Shown in pieces: positions 9,349 through 18,991 of a stretch of DNA of 32,444 nt (position 1 is the first letter of the stretch; every line of letters starts with the position of its first letter). The notes under the pieces were generated by a model, which did no database searches, had not been told where the DNA came from, and worked only from the letters and a program-made list of their open reading frames with translations. The translations under genes were made by a program, and so were the position numbers. The stretch is from a virus. Lineage: Duplodnaviria; Caudoviricetes. The DNA lies in IMG/VR virus record IMGVR_UViG_3300034521_000394, positions 1-32,444 of that record, one strand, 5' to 3'.

Positions 9349-9656
9349 AGGCATTATTTGGTCGAAAGTTCTACAACCTTAAGGAACTAAAAGAAGCAAC
9401 CGAAGAGACAAAAGAAGATGGCGTCATTGGTTCTGATTACACTGTGATTCGAGAAGTTGAACTCAGTGATTCAGAGTTTAAAAAGTTCACCAGTGATTTT
9501 CTAGAGGATCAGCCCTGGATTAAGAAGTCAGATGGCGGCACCAACGAAAAAGGTGAGCTTCGATGCATTAGGGTCATTAACAAAGACACCGGTGAAAAGA
9601 TACTCACCAATCCTGAAGGCTACGACTATCCACGCTACTGTGGCATTGAAGATTAA
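9345..9656 (+). CDS. Small acidic hypothetical protein (DUF6329-like)
   Basis: GGAGG RBS, ATGA overlap; C-terminal PEGYDYPRY. Confidence 0.6.
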   Translation: MKALFGRKFYNLKELKEATEETKEDGVIGSDYTVIREVELSDSEFKKFTSDFLEDQPWIKKSDGGTNEKGELRCIRVINKDTGEKILTNPEGYDYPRYCGIED

Positions 9657-9695
9657 TTTGGGAGACTGAAAACCTGCTCTATTACTACAGAAATG

Positions 9696-9730
9696 ACTTG
9701 CTATTATTCTCGTTTAGAGTGATATATGTA
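9696..9730 (+). promoter_or_regulatory. Repeated promoter-like motif A, copy 2
   Basis: ACTTGCTATT-ATTCTCGT-TTAGAGTGATATATGTA. Confidence 0.75.
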
Positions 9731-9768
9731 ATACCAAAACAAAACCACACTAAATGGAGGATGAGAAC

Positions 9769-10125
9769 ATGAAAGAAATCAAAGCATTTGAAGAAGCCAA
9801 AGCAGCTGGCGCAAGTTTTAAGGAATCTGGAATAAACAGCACCATGTACTGGGCTTACGAAAGAAGCAAGGAAGCAGGAAACGACACCATCGACTTTTCT
9901 GAGGTCATTTGGGATTACGACATTGAACCCATTGTCAAAGCTTGCAGAGCGTACGGAATTGATCACATCACTATTTCAAGCACCTTCTCAGGGCTGATCA
10001 CAACACTTGCCGAACTTGAAAAGCAAGGCTGCAGGATGGATGGACTTACCAAGGTTAAGACAAGCTACACCGACTGGCAAACCAGTGAAAAGCAAATTTT
10101 ACCTGCAATCTTGGTTAGGATTTAA
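9769..10125 (+). CDS. Hypothetical protein
   Basis: ATG 9769 is 8 nt after GGAGG; follows motif A copy 2. Confidence 0.7.
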   Translation: MKEIKAFEEAKAAGASFKESGINSTMYWAYERSKEAGNDTIDFSEVIWDYDIEPIVKACRAYGIDHITISSTFSGLITTLAELEKQGCRMDGLTKVKTSYTDWQTSEKQILPAILVRI

Positions 10126-10137
10126 GGGGGTTAGACC

Positions 10138-10362
10138 ATGTGGAGAAAAGGCAAAATTGAAGTCGAAAAGAGAACCATACACTACTGGATTAAAAGCTTT
10201 GACTTAGGCTCCCCTTACGGCATTAATGAGGGTAGAATATCAAAACTGATGCTAAAGCGAGATGGACAGATCATTGCAAACTTTGATAGAGGCTGGGACA
10301 TTGAGCCCATCGACGCCAATGCGCAAGCTGCACTTGAAATATTCATGAAGAAATACAATTAA
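10138..10362 (+). CDS. Small hypothetical protein
   Basis: SPYGINEGRISKL...NFDRGWD motif; AAGGGGG RBS. Confidence 0.7.
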   Translation: MWRKGKIEVEKRTIHYWIKSFDLGSPYGINEGRISKLMLKRDGQIIANFDRGWDIEPIDANAQAALEIFMKKYN

Positions 10363-10382
10363 CAACAAGATAAAACGCATAA

Positions 10383-10440
10383 AGGAACAGGGCTGTATGG
10401 CTCTTTTCCTCGTTACAGAAGACCTCAGGGTCTATTTTTT
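10383..10440 (+). terminator. Two tandem hairpins ending in a T-tract
   Basis: AGGAACAGGGCT/GGCTCTTTTCCT, then AGACC/GGTCT plus ATTTTTT. Confidence 0.55.
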
Positions 10441-10467
10441 ATGTCTTTTTAAAGGAGGTGTCCGCAT

Positions 10468-12069
10468 ATCCGAAAACTAAAGAAGTATAAACCAACCTCT
10501 TACATGGCGAAGGATTCCCATTACAGCAAGGAGATGGCGGACTATGCAGTTGGTTTTATTGAATGCCTCTCCCACACCAAAGGAACCTGGGCAGGAAAGC
10601 CCTTTGAACTGATAGATTGGCAGGAGCAAATCATCCGGGATTTATTTGGAACCATAAAACCAAATGGCTATCGTCAATTTAATACCGCCTATGTAGAAAT
10701 ACCAAAGAAGATGGGAAAAAGTGAGCTTGCGGCGGCTGTTGCCCTGCTCTTAACCTGTGGTGATAATGAAGAACGTGCTGAGGTTTATGGCTGCGCTGCA
10801 GACCGTAACCAAGCCTCCATCGTTTTTAACGTGGCAGCGGACATGGTTCGTATGTGCCCTGCCTTATCCAAGAGGGTAAAGATTCTGGACTCACAGAAAA
10901 GACTGATCTATCAACCTACTGGAAGCATCTATCAAGTGCTCTCTGCCGATGTTGGAAACAAGCACGGCTTCAACACCCATGGCGTTGTATTTGATGAACT
11001 TCATACTCAACCAAACCGAAAGCTCTATGATGTTATGACCAAAGGTAGTGGTGATGCCAGGATGCAGCCTTTGTATTTTCTTATCACCACTGCAGGCGAT
11101 AATCAAAATAGCATTTGTTGGGAGGTTCATCAAAAGGCACTGGATATTATGGCAGGAAGGAAGAGTGATCCTACCTTCTACCCAGTCATTTATGGTGCCG
11201 ATCTTGAAGATGACTGGTCCGATCCAAAGGTCTGGAAGAAAGCAAACCCATCCCTTGGCATCACTGTCAGCATGGATAAAGTAAAGATGGCTTATGAGTC
11301 TGCAAGACAAAACCCTGCGGAAGAAAATAGCTTCAGGCAGCTTCGACTCAATCAATGGGTGAAGCAGGCTATTCGCTGGATGCCTATGGATAAATGGGAT
11401 GCCTGTGCTTTCCCGGTTAATCCAGAAGCCCTCAAAGGTCGCGTTTGCTATGGCGGGCTGGACCTCTCCTCTTCCACTGATATTACAGCCTTCGTACTTG
11501 TCTTCCCACCACTGGATGAAGATGATAAGTATGTGGTTCTTCCATACTTCTGGATACCAGAAGACAGCATTGACCTTAGGGTTAGACGGGATCATGTCAA
11601 TTATGATGTGTGGGAAAAACAAGGCTTCCTTCTTACTACCGAAGGTAACGTAGTCCATTACGGTTTCATCGAGACTTTCATTGAGGAACTTGGAATGAAA
11701 TATAACATCCGTGAGATTGCCTTTGACCGCTGGGGCGCAGTTCAGATGACACAGAACTTAGAGAATTTAGGTTTCACAGTTGTTCCTTTTGGACAGGGCT
11801 TCAAAGATATGTCTCCTCCGACTAAGGAATTGATGAAGCTGACATTGGAAGAAAAGATAGCTCATGGGGGTCATCCTGTTCTCCGCTGGATGATGGACAA
11901 TATTTTTATTAGAACTGACCCTGCTGGAAACATTAAAGCAGATAAAGAAAAATCCACAGAGAAAATTGACGGTGCTGTAGCCACCATCATGGCCCTAGAC
12001 CGAGCAATCCGCTGTGGAGGAGAATCTGGTAATTCTGTTTATGACGATCGAGGACTACTCGTATTTTAG
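10468..12069 (+). CDS. Terminase large subunit (probable ATC start; first ATG at 10504)
   Basis: Walker A IPKKMGKS, Walker B VVFDE, ITTAG, nuclease GGLDLS, KIDG. Confidence 0.93.
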   Translation: MRKLKKYKPTSYMAKDSHYSKEMADYAVGFIECLSHTKGTWAGKPFELIDWQEQIIRDLFGTIKPNGYRQFNTAYVEIPKKMGKSELAAAVALLLTCGDNEERAEVYGCAADRNQASIVFNVAADMVRMCPALSKRVKILDSQKRLIYQPTGSIYQVLSADVGNKHGFNTHGVVFDELHTQPNRKLYDVMTKGSGDARMQPLYFLITTAGDNQNSICWEVHQKALDIMAGRKSDPTFYPVIYGADLEDDWSDPKVWKKANPSLGITVSMDKVKMAYESARQNPAEENSFRQLRLNQWVKQAIRWMPMDKWDACAFPVNPEALKGRVCYGGLDLSSSTDITAFVLVFPPLDEDDKYVVLPYFWIPEDSIDLRVRRDHVNYDVWEKQGFLLTTEGNVVHYGFIETFIEELGMKYNIREIAFDRWGAVQMTQNLENLGFTVVPFGQGFKDMSPPTKELMKLTLEEKIAHGGHPVLRWMMDNIFIRTDPAGNIKADKEKSTEKIDGAVATIMALDRAIRCGGESGNSVYDDRGLLVF

Positions 12070-12087
12070 GAAAGGAGGTTGATGTCC

Positions 12088-13344
12088 ATGGGAATGCTGC
12101 AAGGGATATTTAAAGCCCGAGACAAGCCTAAAGATGCTCTTGGTGGCAGCCGCTACAGCTTCTTTTTTGGAAGCACCAGCGCTGGAAAACCGGTTAATGA
12201 GCAAACTGCTATGCAAATGACAGCGGTATACAGCTGCGTGAGGATCTTATCTGAGACACTGGCTGGTCTACCACTTCATGTCTATAAGTACAATGATTCA
12301 GGTGGCAAGGAGAAAAACCTAAAACACCCTTTATATAAGCTGCTTCATGATGAACCAAATCCTGAGATGACTTCTTTTGCCTTTAGAGAGACACTGATGA
12401 GTCATCTTTTATTATGGGGAAATGCCTATGCTCAGATTATTCGAAATGCAAGAGGTGAAGTGATTTCCCTGTACCCATTAATGCCAAACAAAATGACTGT
12501 CGATCGCGATTCAAGTGGTCGGCTTTTCTATTTGTACCAGCGTGGTAGTGAAGATGCTCCTACTCTTGGTAGAGACAATCAAGTGTATCTTACCCCATCA
12601 GATGTCCTTCATATCCCTGGACTTGGTTTTGACGGGCTGGTAGGCTATTCACCCATTGCCATGGCGAAAAATGCTGTGGGTCTTGCCATTGCTACTGAAG
12701 AATATGGAGCTAAGTTTTTCGCTAATGGCGCTTCACCCGGTGGCGTCTTGGAACACCCCGGTACCATCAAGGACCCTGCAAGGATTAAAGAATCATGGAA
12801 CGCAGCCTATCAAGGAAGTGGTAATGCCCATAGAGTAGCTGTTCTTGAAGAAGGCATGAAGTACCAGCCTATTGGTATTTCACCTGAGCAGGCACAGTTC
12901 CTGGAAACCAGAAAGTTTCAGATTAATGAGATCGCTCGAATCTTTAGAGTGCCCCCTCATATGCTTGCTGACCTTGAGAAGTCATCCTTCAGTAACATCG
13001 AGCAGCAATCACTTGAGTTTGTAAAATACACCCTCGACCCTTGGGTGGTCCGCTGGGAACAGTCCATGTGCAGAGCGCTGCTCATGGAAAGCGAGAAACC
13101 TAGTGTCTTTATCAAGTTTAACGTGGATGGCCTACTGCGTGGTGATTATGTAAGTCGAATGAGTGGATATGCCACTGCAAGGCAGAACGGTTGGATGAGC
13201 GCCAATGATATCAGAGAGCTAGAAAACCTGGATAGAATTCCAGAATCCTTGGGCGGCGACCTCTACCTCATCAACGGCGCAATGACAAAATTACAGGACG
13301 CAGGCGCGTTCGCAAATATCAAAGAAACGGAGGAACCTAAATGA
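12088..13344 (+). CDS. Portal protein, HK97 family
   Basis: GNAYAQI, VLHI, GYSPI, IARIFRVPP, SNIEQQ, NDIRELENL; start placed from the AAGGAGG RBS. Confidence 0.93.
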   Translation: MGMLQGIFKARDKPKDALGGSRYSFFFGSTSAGKPVNEQTAMQMTAVYSCVRILSETLAGLPLHVYKYNDSGGKEKNLKHPLYKLLHDEPNPEMTSFAFRETLMSHLLLWGNAYAQIIRNARGEVISLYPLMPNKMTVDRDSSGRLFYLYQRGSEDAPTLGRDNQVYLTPSDVLHIPGLGFDGLVGYSPIAMAKNAVGLAIATEEYGAKFFANGASPGGVLEHPGTIKDPARIKESWNAAYQGSGNAHRVAVLEEGMKYQPIGISPEQAQFLETRKFQINEIARIFRVPPHMLADLEKSSFSNIEQQSLEFVKYTLDPWVVRWEQSMCRALLMESEKPSVFIKFNVDGLLRGDYVSRMSGYATARQNGWMSANDIRELENLDRIPESLGGDLYLINGAMTKLQDAGAFANIKETEEPK

Positions 13345-14039
13345 AGAAGTTTTGGAACTGGGCACGAGATGAAAACACTGGTGTCCGAACACTCTACCTA
13401 GATGGCGTGATTGCCGAAGATTCATGGTTTGATGATGATGTCACCCCTAAGGCATTTAAAGCAGAGCTTACTGCCGGTGAGGGTGACATTGTTATTTGGC
13501 TCAATTCTCCAGGAGGTGATTGCATTGCTGCTAGTCAGATTTACACCATGCTGATGGATTACAAAGGCACTGTTACCGTAAAGATTGATGGCATTGCCGC
13601 TTCTGCCGCCTCTGTCATCGCTATGGCGGGGACAACGGTGCTCATGGCACCAACAGCCCTTATGATGGTCCATAACCCCCTTACCGTGGCCATTGGGGAC
13701 AGCGAGGAGATGAAAAAGGCCATCGCCATGCTTTCTGAAGTTAAGGAGAGCATCATCAATGCTTATGAAATCAAGACAGGTCAGTCAAGGACAAAGCTCT
13801 CTCATCTTATGGATGCGGAGACCTGGCTCAATGCGAAAAAAGCCATCGAACTTGGATTTGCAGATGGCATCTTGGAGGATGAAAAGAAAAGAAGTCAGAC
13901 TGAGGATTTCACCTATGCCTTTAGCCGCAGAGCTGTTACCAACTCCCTGCTGGATAAGGTAAAACCCAAACTAGAAAAAGAGAATGCTGGCACCCCAATT
14001 GAGTCGCTAGAAAAGCGACTTTCTTTAATCCAACACTAA
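13341..14039 (+). CDS. ClpP-type prohead protease
   Basis: LNSPGGD, GIAASAASVI, MMVHNP, ETWL..A...GFAD. Confidence 0.93.
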   Translation: MKKFWNWARDENTGVRTLYLDGVIAEDSWFDDDVTPKAFKAELTAGEGDIVIWLNSPGGDCIAASQIYTMLMDYKGTVTVKIDGIAASAASVIAMAGTTVLMAPTALMMVHNPLTVAIGDSEEMKKAIAMLSEVKESIINAYEIKTGQSRTKLSHLMDAETWLNAKKAIELGFADGILEDEKKRSQTEDFTYAFSRRAVTNSLLDKVKPKLEKENAGTPIESLEKRLSLIQH

Positions 14040-14058
14040 ATTTTAGGAGGAAAACACT

Positions 14059-15267
14059 ATGAATAAAATTCTTGAACTGCGTGAAAAAAGAGCAAAATCC
14101 TGGGAAGCTGCTAAAGCATTCCTGGATACCAAAAGAGGTACAGATGGCATTGTATCTGCTGAAGACACTGCAACCTATGAAAAGATGGAAGCAGATGTGG
14201 TTGCCCTGGGTAAAGAGATTGATCGTCTTGAAAAGCAAGAAGCACTGGACCGCGAGCTTTCAAAGCCACTTAACACACCACTTACCGGGAAGCCTATCTT
14301 CCAGGGCATGGAATCCAAAGGTGGCAGAGCCTCTGCAGAATACCAGAAAGCTTTCTGGAATGCCATGAGAACCCGCTCTGGTGAGGGACTTGATCCAGTG
14401 ATTAAGAACGCACTGCAGATTGGCACTGACACGGAAGGTGGTTACCTTGTACCAGATGAGTTCGAGCGTACCCTAATTGAAGCCCTGGATGAAGAGAATA
14501 TCTTCAGAAAGCTGGCCAACGTCATCTCCACTTCTTCTGGTGACCGTAAGATTCCTGTGGTAGCTTCCAAAGGTACTGCTTCTTGGATTGATGAAGAAGG
14601 TGCCATTCCTGAAAGCGATGATAGTTTTGGACAGGTTTCCATTGGCGCTTACAAGCTAGGTACCATGATCAAGGTATCGGAAGAGCTTCTTAATGACAGC
14701 GTGTTTAATCTTGAAAACTATATCGCCAGGGAGTTCGGAAGACGTATTGGTAACAAGGAAGAAGATGCTTTCTTCACAGGAGATGGTTCTGGTAAGCCTA
14801 CAGGTATTCTTGCTGCCACTGGCGGAGCACAAATCGGTGTAACTGCTGCAAGTGCTACAGCTATTACCATTGATGAGATTTTGGACCTCTTCTACTCTCT
14901 TAAATCGCCTTACAGAAACAAATCCGTATTCGTTATGAATGATGCCACCATTAAGGCCATTAGAAAACTGAAAGATGGTCAGGGTCAGTATATCTGGCAG
15001 CCTTCACTTCAGGCTGGAACACCAGATACCATTCTGAATAGACCTGTTTACACTTCATCCTACGTTCCTACCATTGATGCATCTGCAAAGTCCATCATCT
15101 TCGGTGACTTTGGTTACTACTGGGTAGCGGATCGTCAAGGAAGAGTCTTTAAGAGACTTAATGAACTTTATGCAGCTACTGGCCAGGTAGGCTTTGTTGC
15201 CACTCAGCGTGTGGATGGAAAGCTGATTCTACCTGAAGCCATCAAAGTGCTTCAGCAGAAAGCGTAA
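14059..15267 (+). CDS. Major capsid protein, HK97 fold
   Basis: Coiled-coil delta domain, GGYLVP, VSEELLNDS, GDGSGKPTG, KDGQGQYIWQP, FGDF. Confidence 0.95.
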   Translation: MNKILELREKRAKSWEAAKAFLDTKRGTDGIVSAEDTATYEKMEADVVALGKEIDRLEKQEALDRELSKPLNTPLTGKPIFQGMESKGGRASAEYQKAFWNAMRTRSGEGLDPVIKNALQIGTDTEGGYLVPDEFERTLIEALDEENIFRKLANVISTSSGDRKIPVVASKGTASWIDEEGAIPESDDSFGQVSIGAYKLGTMIKVSEELLNDSVFNLENYIAREFGRRIGNKEEDAFFTGDGSGKPTGILAATGGAQIGVTAASATAITIDEILDLFYSLKSPYRNKSVFVMNDATIKAIRKLKDGQGQYIWQPSLQAGTPDTILNRPVYTSSYVPTIDASAKSIIFGDFGYYWVADRQGRVFKRLNELYAATGQVGFVATQRVDGKLILPEAIKVLQQKA

Positions 15268-15279
15268 TGGAGGTGTCCT

Positions 15280-15492
15280 ATGAGTTATAACACAAAGAAT
15301 TATACCGAACAGGGCGGTGAAAAAACCGTCATTGGTGGAACGCTTGAGATCAAGGAGGGGGCGGTCGTAACTGGCCTCCCCGTTCTCGATAATCAAGCTG
15401 CAAGTACTGCTGCCACAGCAGAAGATTTGGTAACGGATTTTAATGCCCTCCTTACCAAACTTAAGGCTGCAGGGCTTATGATTTCAGACTAA
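15280..15492 (+). CDS. Small head-associated protein (head fiber-like)
   Basis: DFNALLTKLKAAGLM C-terminus; follows the capsid gene. Confidence 0.65.
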   Translation: MSYNTKNYTEQGGEKTVIGGTLEIKEGAVVTGLPVLDNQAASTAATAEDLVTDFNALLTKLKAAGLMISD

Positions 15493-15510
15493 TGAAAGGA
15501 TGGTGGCGGT

Positions 15511-15819
15511 ATGACACTGCTGGAAAAAGTAAAAGCAAATCTTATTCTTAATCACTCGGCTGATGATGAACTCCTTGAGATGTATATCACCGCCGCCACG
15601 AGGTATGCAGAAAGCTATCAGCATCTTCCTGAAAACCACTATGTGGAAACAGTTATGCCAGCCACCACACAGCAAGCCATCATTATGCTGTCGTCCCACT
15701 TTTATGAATCCAGGGACGGCAGCACCGGTGGTTTCTTTTCAGATAATGTGCAGGCTGGGCAGCAGGTATGGAATACAGTCAATCTCCTGCTGCGACTTGA
15801 TCGGGATTGGAAGGTGTAG
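15511..15819 (+). CDS. Head-tail connector (gp6-like)
   Basis: LEKVKANL...DDELL...AA..Y, HFYESR. Confidence 0.85.
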   Translation: MTLLEKVKANLILNHSADDELLEMYITAATRYAESYQHLPENHYVETVMPATTQQAIIMLSSHFYESRDGSTGGFFSDNVQAGQQVWNTVNLLLRLDRDWKV

Positions 15820-15821
15820 TC

Positions 15822-16154
15822 ATGAGCTTTGGGAAAATGAATACCTTTATTGACATCATTGAGAGCGTCACCATAAAAGATCCCGAAGGCTTTAAAACTG
15901 AAGTTGATAACATTATAGCTTCTGTAAGAGCTTACCGTGAAGGTCGGCATGGCAATGAAAAATGGGCTAATAGGGCATCCTTTTCTGAAGCCACAGATCT
16001 TTTTCGCTTTCGCCACATCCCTGGTATAACCATAACAACAACCATGGTGATCATCCATAGTAATAAGAGATTTGAAATCACATCTGTTGAGGATGTGAAA
16101 GGCCGCGGGATGTATATTGAAGTGCTGGCTAAGGAGGTGGTTCCAAGTGGCTAA
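15822..16154 (+). CDS. Head closure / head-tail adaptor
   Basis: Size, synteny, FRFR...FEITSVEDVKGR motif. Confidence 0.75.
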   Translation: MSFGKMNTFIDIIESVTIKDPEGFKTEVDNIIASVRAYREGRHGNEKWANRASFSEATDLFRFRHIPGITITTTMVIIHSNKRFEITSVEDVKGRGMYIEVLAKEVVPSG

Positions 16155-16578
16155 AGGAACTATGAAAATGCCTGATGAGTTTCTAATGAAGCTTACAAAG
16201 CTTGGTGATAAAACAGATGAAATCATCTCTAATGTTTTAGAAGCTGGCGGCGAGGTTGTTCTAGATAAAGTAAAAGCCAACCTCAAAGGTGTTATTGGGA
16301 ATGAAACCAAAGAAAAAAGTCGTTCTACCGGTGAGCTGGTATCTTCCCTGGGCCTCTCTCCCACTAAGCTAGATCGAAATGGAAATTTCAACGTGAAGGT
16401 TGGTTTTAATGAGCCTCGTGGTGATGGAGATGCCAATGCCAAGATTGCAAATATCCTGGAATACGGTAAATCAGGTCAGCCACCTAAACCCTTCTTGAAG
16501 CCAGCAAAGTCCGCATCTCGGAAGGCATGCATTGAAACTATGAAATCAGAACTGGATAAGGAGATTGAAAAGCTATGA
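16147..16578 (+). CDS. HK97 gp10-like tail-component protein
   Basis: TGELVSSL, LEYGKSGQPPKPFLKPA; GTG start after AAGGAGG. Confidence 0.8.
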   Translation: MAKGTMKMPDEFLMKLTKLGDKTDEIISNVLEAGGEVVLDKVKANLKGVIGNETKEKSRSTGELVSSLGLSPTKLDRNGNFNVKVGFNEPRGDGDANAKIANILEYGKSGQPPKPFLKPAKSASRKACIETMKSELDKEIEKL

Positions 16579-16919
16579 GCTTACTTGCGGATTTAAACCA
16601 CATACTAGGACCCCTAAACATTCCTGTGGAGACCGGAGTGTTTTCTGATACGCCGCCTGATGAATATCTGGTCATCACCCCCATGTCTGATAGGCTTGAT
16701 CTCTTTGCAGATAACGAGGCCTATATGATTGTTTCAGAGGCAAGGCTATCTCTTTTTACAAATAAGAATTATAACAAACGTAAAAAGGAGCTGACAAAAG
16801 CCTTGCAATCTGGCGGGATAACAATCACGGATAGGCAGTATGTGGGTTATGAACATGATACAAAATTTCATCATTACGCCATCGACGTAATGAAAGAATA
16901 TGAAACGGAGGAAGAATAA
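16575..16919 (+). CDS. Putative tail completion/terminator protein
   Basis: Synteny and size; YEHDTKFHHYAID. Confidence 0.65.
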   Translation: MSLLADLNHILGPLNIPVETGVFSDTPPDEYLVITPMSDRLDLFADNEAYMIVSEARLSLFTNKNYNKRKKELTKALQSGGITITDRQYVGYEHDTKFHHYAIDVMKEYETEEE

Positions 16920-17801
16920 ATGGCAACTATCGGATTGGACTCTCTATTTTATGCCAAGATCACAGAAGATCAAAACGGCATTGAAACCTATGGCACCCCT
17001 AAAGTGCTGGCTAAAGCCATGACTGCAGAACTGAGCATTGAGCTCATTGAAGCCATTCTCTACGCAGATGACGGTGCCAGCGAGGTGGTCAAAGAATTTA
17101 AAAGTGGTGCCCTGACACTCGGTATTGATGATATCGGATCATTGGTAGCACAGGATTTAACAGGATGTAAAATCGACAGTAATAATGTGGTGGTTTCAAG
17201 AAGTGAAGATGGTGGTAGCCCTGTGGCAGTTGGGTTTCGTGCCAAGAAAGCCAATGGAAAGTATCGCTATTTTTGGCTTTACAGGGTTATTTTCTCTGTT
17301 CCTGCCACAAGTCTTGCCACCAAAGGCGATTCCATTACATTTAGCAGTCCCACCATAGAAGGAACCGTCTTTAGGAGAAACAAACTGGACGGAGAAAGCA
17401 AACATCCTTGGAAAGCGGAAGTTACTGAAGGAGATAATGGTGTATCGGTATCAACTATTACAAGTTGGTTTGCTTCTGTGTATGAACCAGACTTTACAGC
17501 CGTAACCCCAACCATTACAATCACAACTCAACCAGAAAGCTTAACTGAAGTAACCACAGGAAGCATTTCTGGAAGCCTTTCTGTTGTGGCAAATTCCAAC
17601 ACCTCAAACCCTGTAACCTATCAATGGTATGAAAATACCACTGATAGCACCACTGGCGGTACTACCATTAATGGAGAAACTTCTGCGAGCTTTGATATTC
17701 CAACGGACCTTCTGGCGGATACCTATTACTACTACTGCGTCTTAAGCTCTAGTGGTGCAGAAAATGTGACGACTACAGTTGCTACTGTTGTTGTTTCTTA
17801 A
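16920..17801 (+). CDS. Major tail protein with C-terminal Ig-like domain
   Basis: IGLDSL.YA, LYADD, VGFRAKK..G.YRYFWLY; C-terminal ITTQP...TYQWY...YYYCV. Confidence 0.88.
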   Translation: MATIGLDSLFYAKITEDQNGIETYGTPKVLAKAMTAELSIELIEAILYADDGASEVVKEFKSGALTLGIDDIGSLVAQDLTGCKIDSNNVVVSRSEDGGSPVAVGFRAKKANGKYRYFWLYRVIFSVPATSLATKGDSITFSSPTIEGTVFRRNKLDGESKHPWKAEVTEGDNGVSVSTITSWFASVYEPDFTAVTPTITITTQPESLTEVTTGSISGSLSVVANSNTSNPVTYQWYENTTDSTTGGTTINGETSASFDIPTDLLADTYYYYCVLSSSGAENVTTTVATVVVS

Positions 17802-17817
17802 TGGGAGGTAAATAAAT

Positions 17818-18228
17818 ATGGCAGATGAAAAATTAAAAATTGATGAAGCAGCTGAAGAAAGAAGCACCTCAATTGACATTGGCGGCACGGAGTTTAAGAT
17901 GATTCTTACCACCAAAGCCACTAAGGAAATTGCAAAGCGCTATGGTGGACTTGAAAACTTAGGCGAAAAGCTTATGAAAACCGAGAACTTTGAAATGGCT
18001 TTAGAAGAAGTAGTTTGGCTTATTACGCTTCTAGCCAATCAATCCATTTTGATTCATAACATCAAGAATAAAGACGAAAAGAAAGAACTTCTCACAGAAG
18101 ATGAAGTTGACCTCCTTACTACCCCCTTCGATCTGGCTAATTACAAGAACGCCATTATGGCCAGTATGATGAAAGGCACAAAAAGGAATGTGGAGAGTGA
18201 ACCATCAAAAAACGAGGTGGTCGGGTAA
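17818..18228 (+). CDS. Tail assembly chaperone (gpG-like)
   Basis: Lies between major tail and tape measure genes; slippery A AAA AAC near the 3' end. Confidence 0.8.
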   Translation: MADEKLKIDEAAEERSTSIDIGGTEFKMILTTKATKEIAKRYGGLENLGEKLMKTENFEMALEEVVWLITLLANQSILIHNIKNKDEKKELLTEDEVDLLTTPFDLANYKNAIMASMMKGTKRNVESEPSKNEVVG

Positions 18229-18416
18229 GTGATCAAGAGTTATTTACCCGACTCATTTACTATGGCACTGCCCACCTAAATAGAAATGAAGATGAGGTAT
18301 GGCTATTACCCATTGGTTATCTGATGGACCTTTGGGAGTGTCATAAGCAGTTTATTGGTATCTCAAAACCAAGAAAGGAATATACCATCGACGATGTTGT
18401 TCCTGAGTTCCTGTAA
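18207..18416 (+). CDS. -1 frameshift extension of the tail chaperone (gpGT-like)
   Basis: -1 frame is open from the heptamer: RGGRVSDQELFTRLIYYG...LMDLWECHKQF...VPEFL*. Confidence 0.75.
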   Translation, partial: KKRGGRVSDQELFTRLIYYGTAHLNRNEDEVWLLPIGYLMDLWECHKQFIGISKPRKEYTIDDVVPEFL

Positions 18417-18485
18417 ATTATTCCTATTAAATTTCAATCTTGTCATATATAATAATGTGTATGGCGAACTGAATGGAGGGATAAA

Positions 18486-18971
18486 ATGTCGAATAATACA
18501 GGCTGTAGTTGTTGTGGTGACATTGTAGATTTAACCATGACTACTGAAGATATGAATAAGTGTCCTATTTGTAATCAAGAGGGCAAAAAAGTGAAAAATA
18601 TAACAGTTAAACACCTAGTTAAAGAAGAATATGTAGAATCAGTAGAAACTATGAATTATTCAATTTGTATGAACGAAGATTGTGATACTGTATACTTTAG
18701 TGAAAACAAAGGAATTCAGTTTAGCAAAGAGCAAGTAAAAGTTCCTATTTGGTTTAAGAAAGATGCGGACCCTAGGTATGCTTGCTATTGCAGTGAAGTT
18801 ACTATTAACCAAGTGAAAGAAGCAGTAAGAGATAAAGGCGCACGAAAGATGAAAGATGTATTAGCAATCACAGGTGCTATGAAAAATTCTAAATGCGAAA
18901 TTAAAAATCCACTTGGAGTTTGTTGCCATGAGACAATTCAAACGGCGATTGACGAAGCACTAGCAGAATAA
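18486..18971 (+). CDS. Moron: Cys-rich Zn/[2Fe-2S] protein (Archaeoglobus CopZ N-terminal / BFD-like)
   Basis: CPIC...CMNEDCDTVYF, CYC, C...NP.GVCC; visibly AT-richer than its flanks; own terminator. Confidence 0.75.
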   Translation: MSNNTGCSCCGDIVDLTMTTEDMNKCPICNQEGKKVKNITVKHLVKEEYVESVETMNYSICMNEDCDTVYFSENKGIQFSKEQVKVPIWFKKDADPRYACYCSEVTINQVKEAVRDKGARKMKDVLAITGAMKNSKCEIKNPLGVCCHETIQTAIDEALAE

Positions 18972-18991
18972 TAAACAAGTTTTCATTTATC

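Noticed and set aside
8370-9730. Motif A copies as CRISPR repeats or att sites
   Set aside because: Only three dispersed copies with a variable centre, always at a similar distance before gene starts
10891-11658. 255-aa minus-strand ORF
   Set aside because: Antisense shadow of terL; no recognisable motifs
15702-16442. 246-aa minus-strand ORF
   Set aside because: Antisense to three well-supported head-tail genes; Ser/Phe-rich shadow composition
18486-18971. Selenocysteine recoding in the Cys-rich moron
   Set aside because: No in-frame TGA; the ORF ends in TAA
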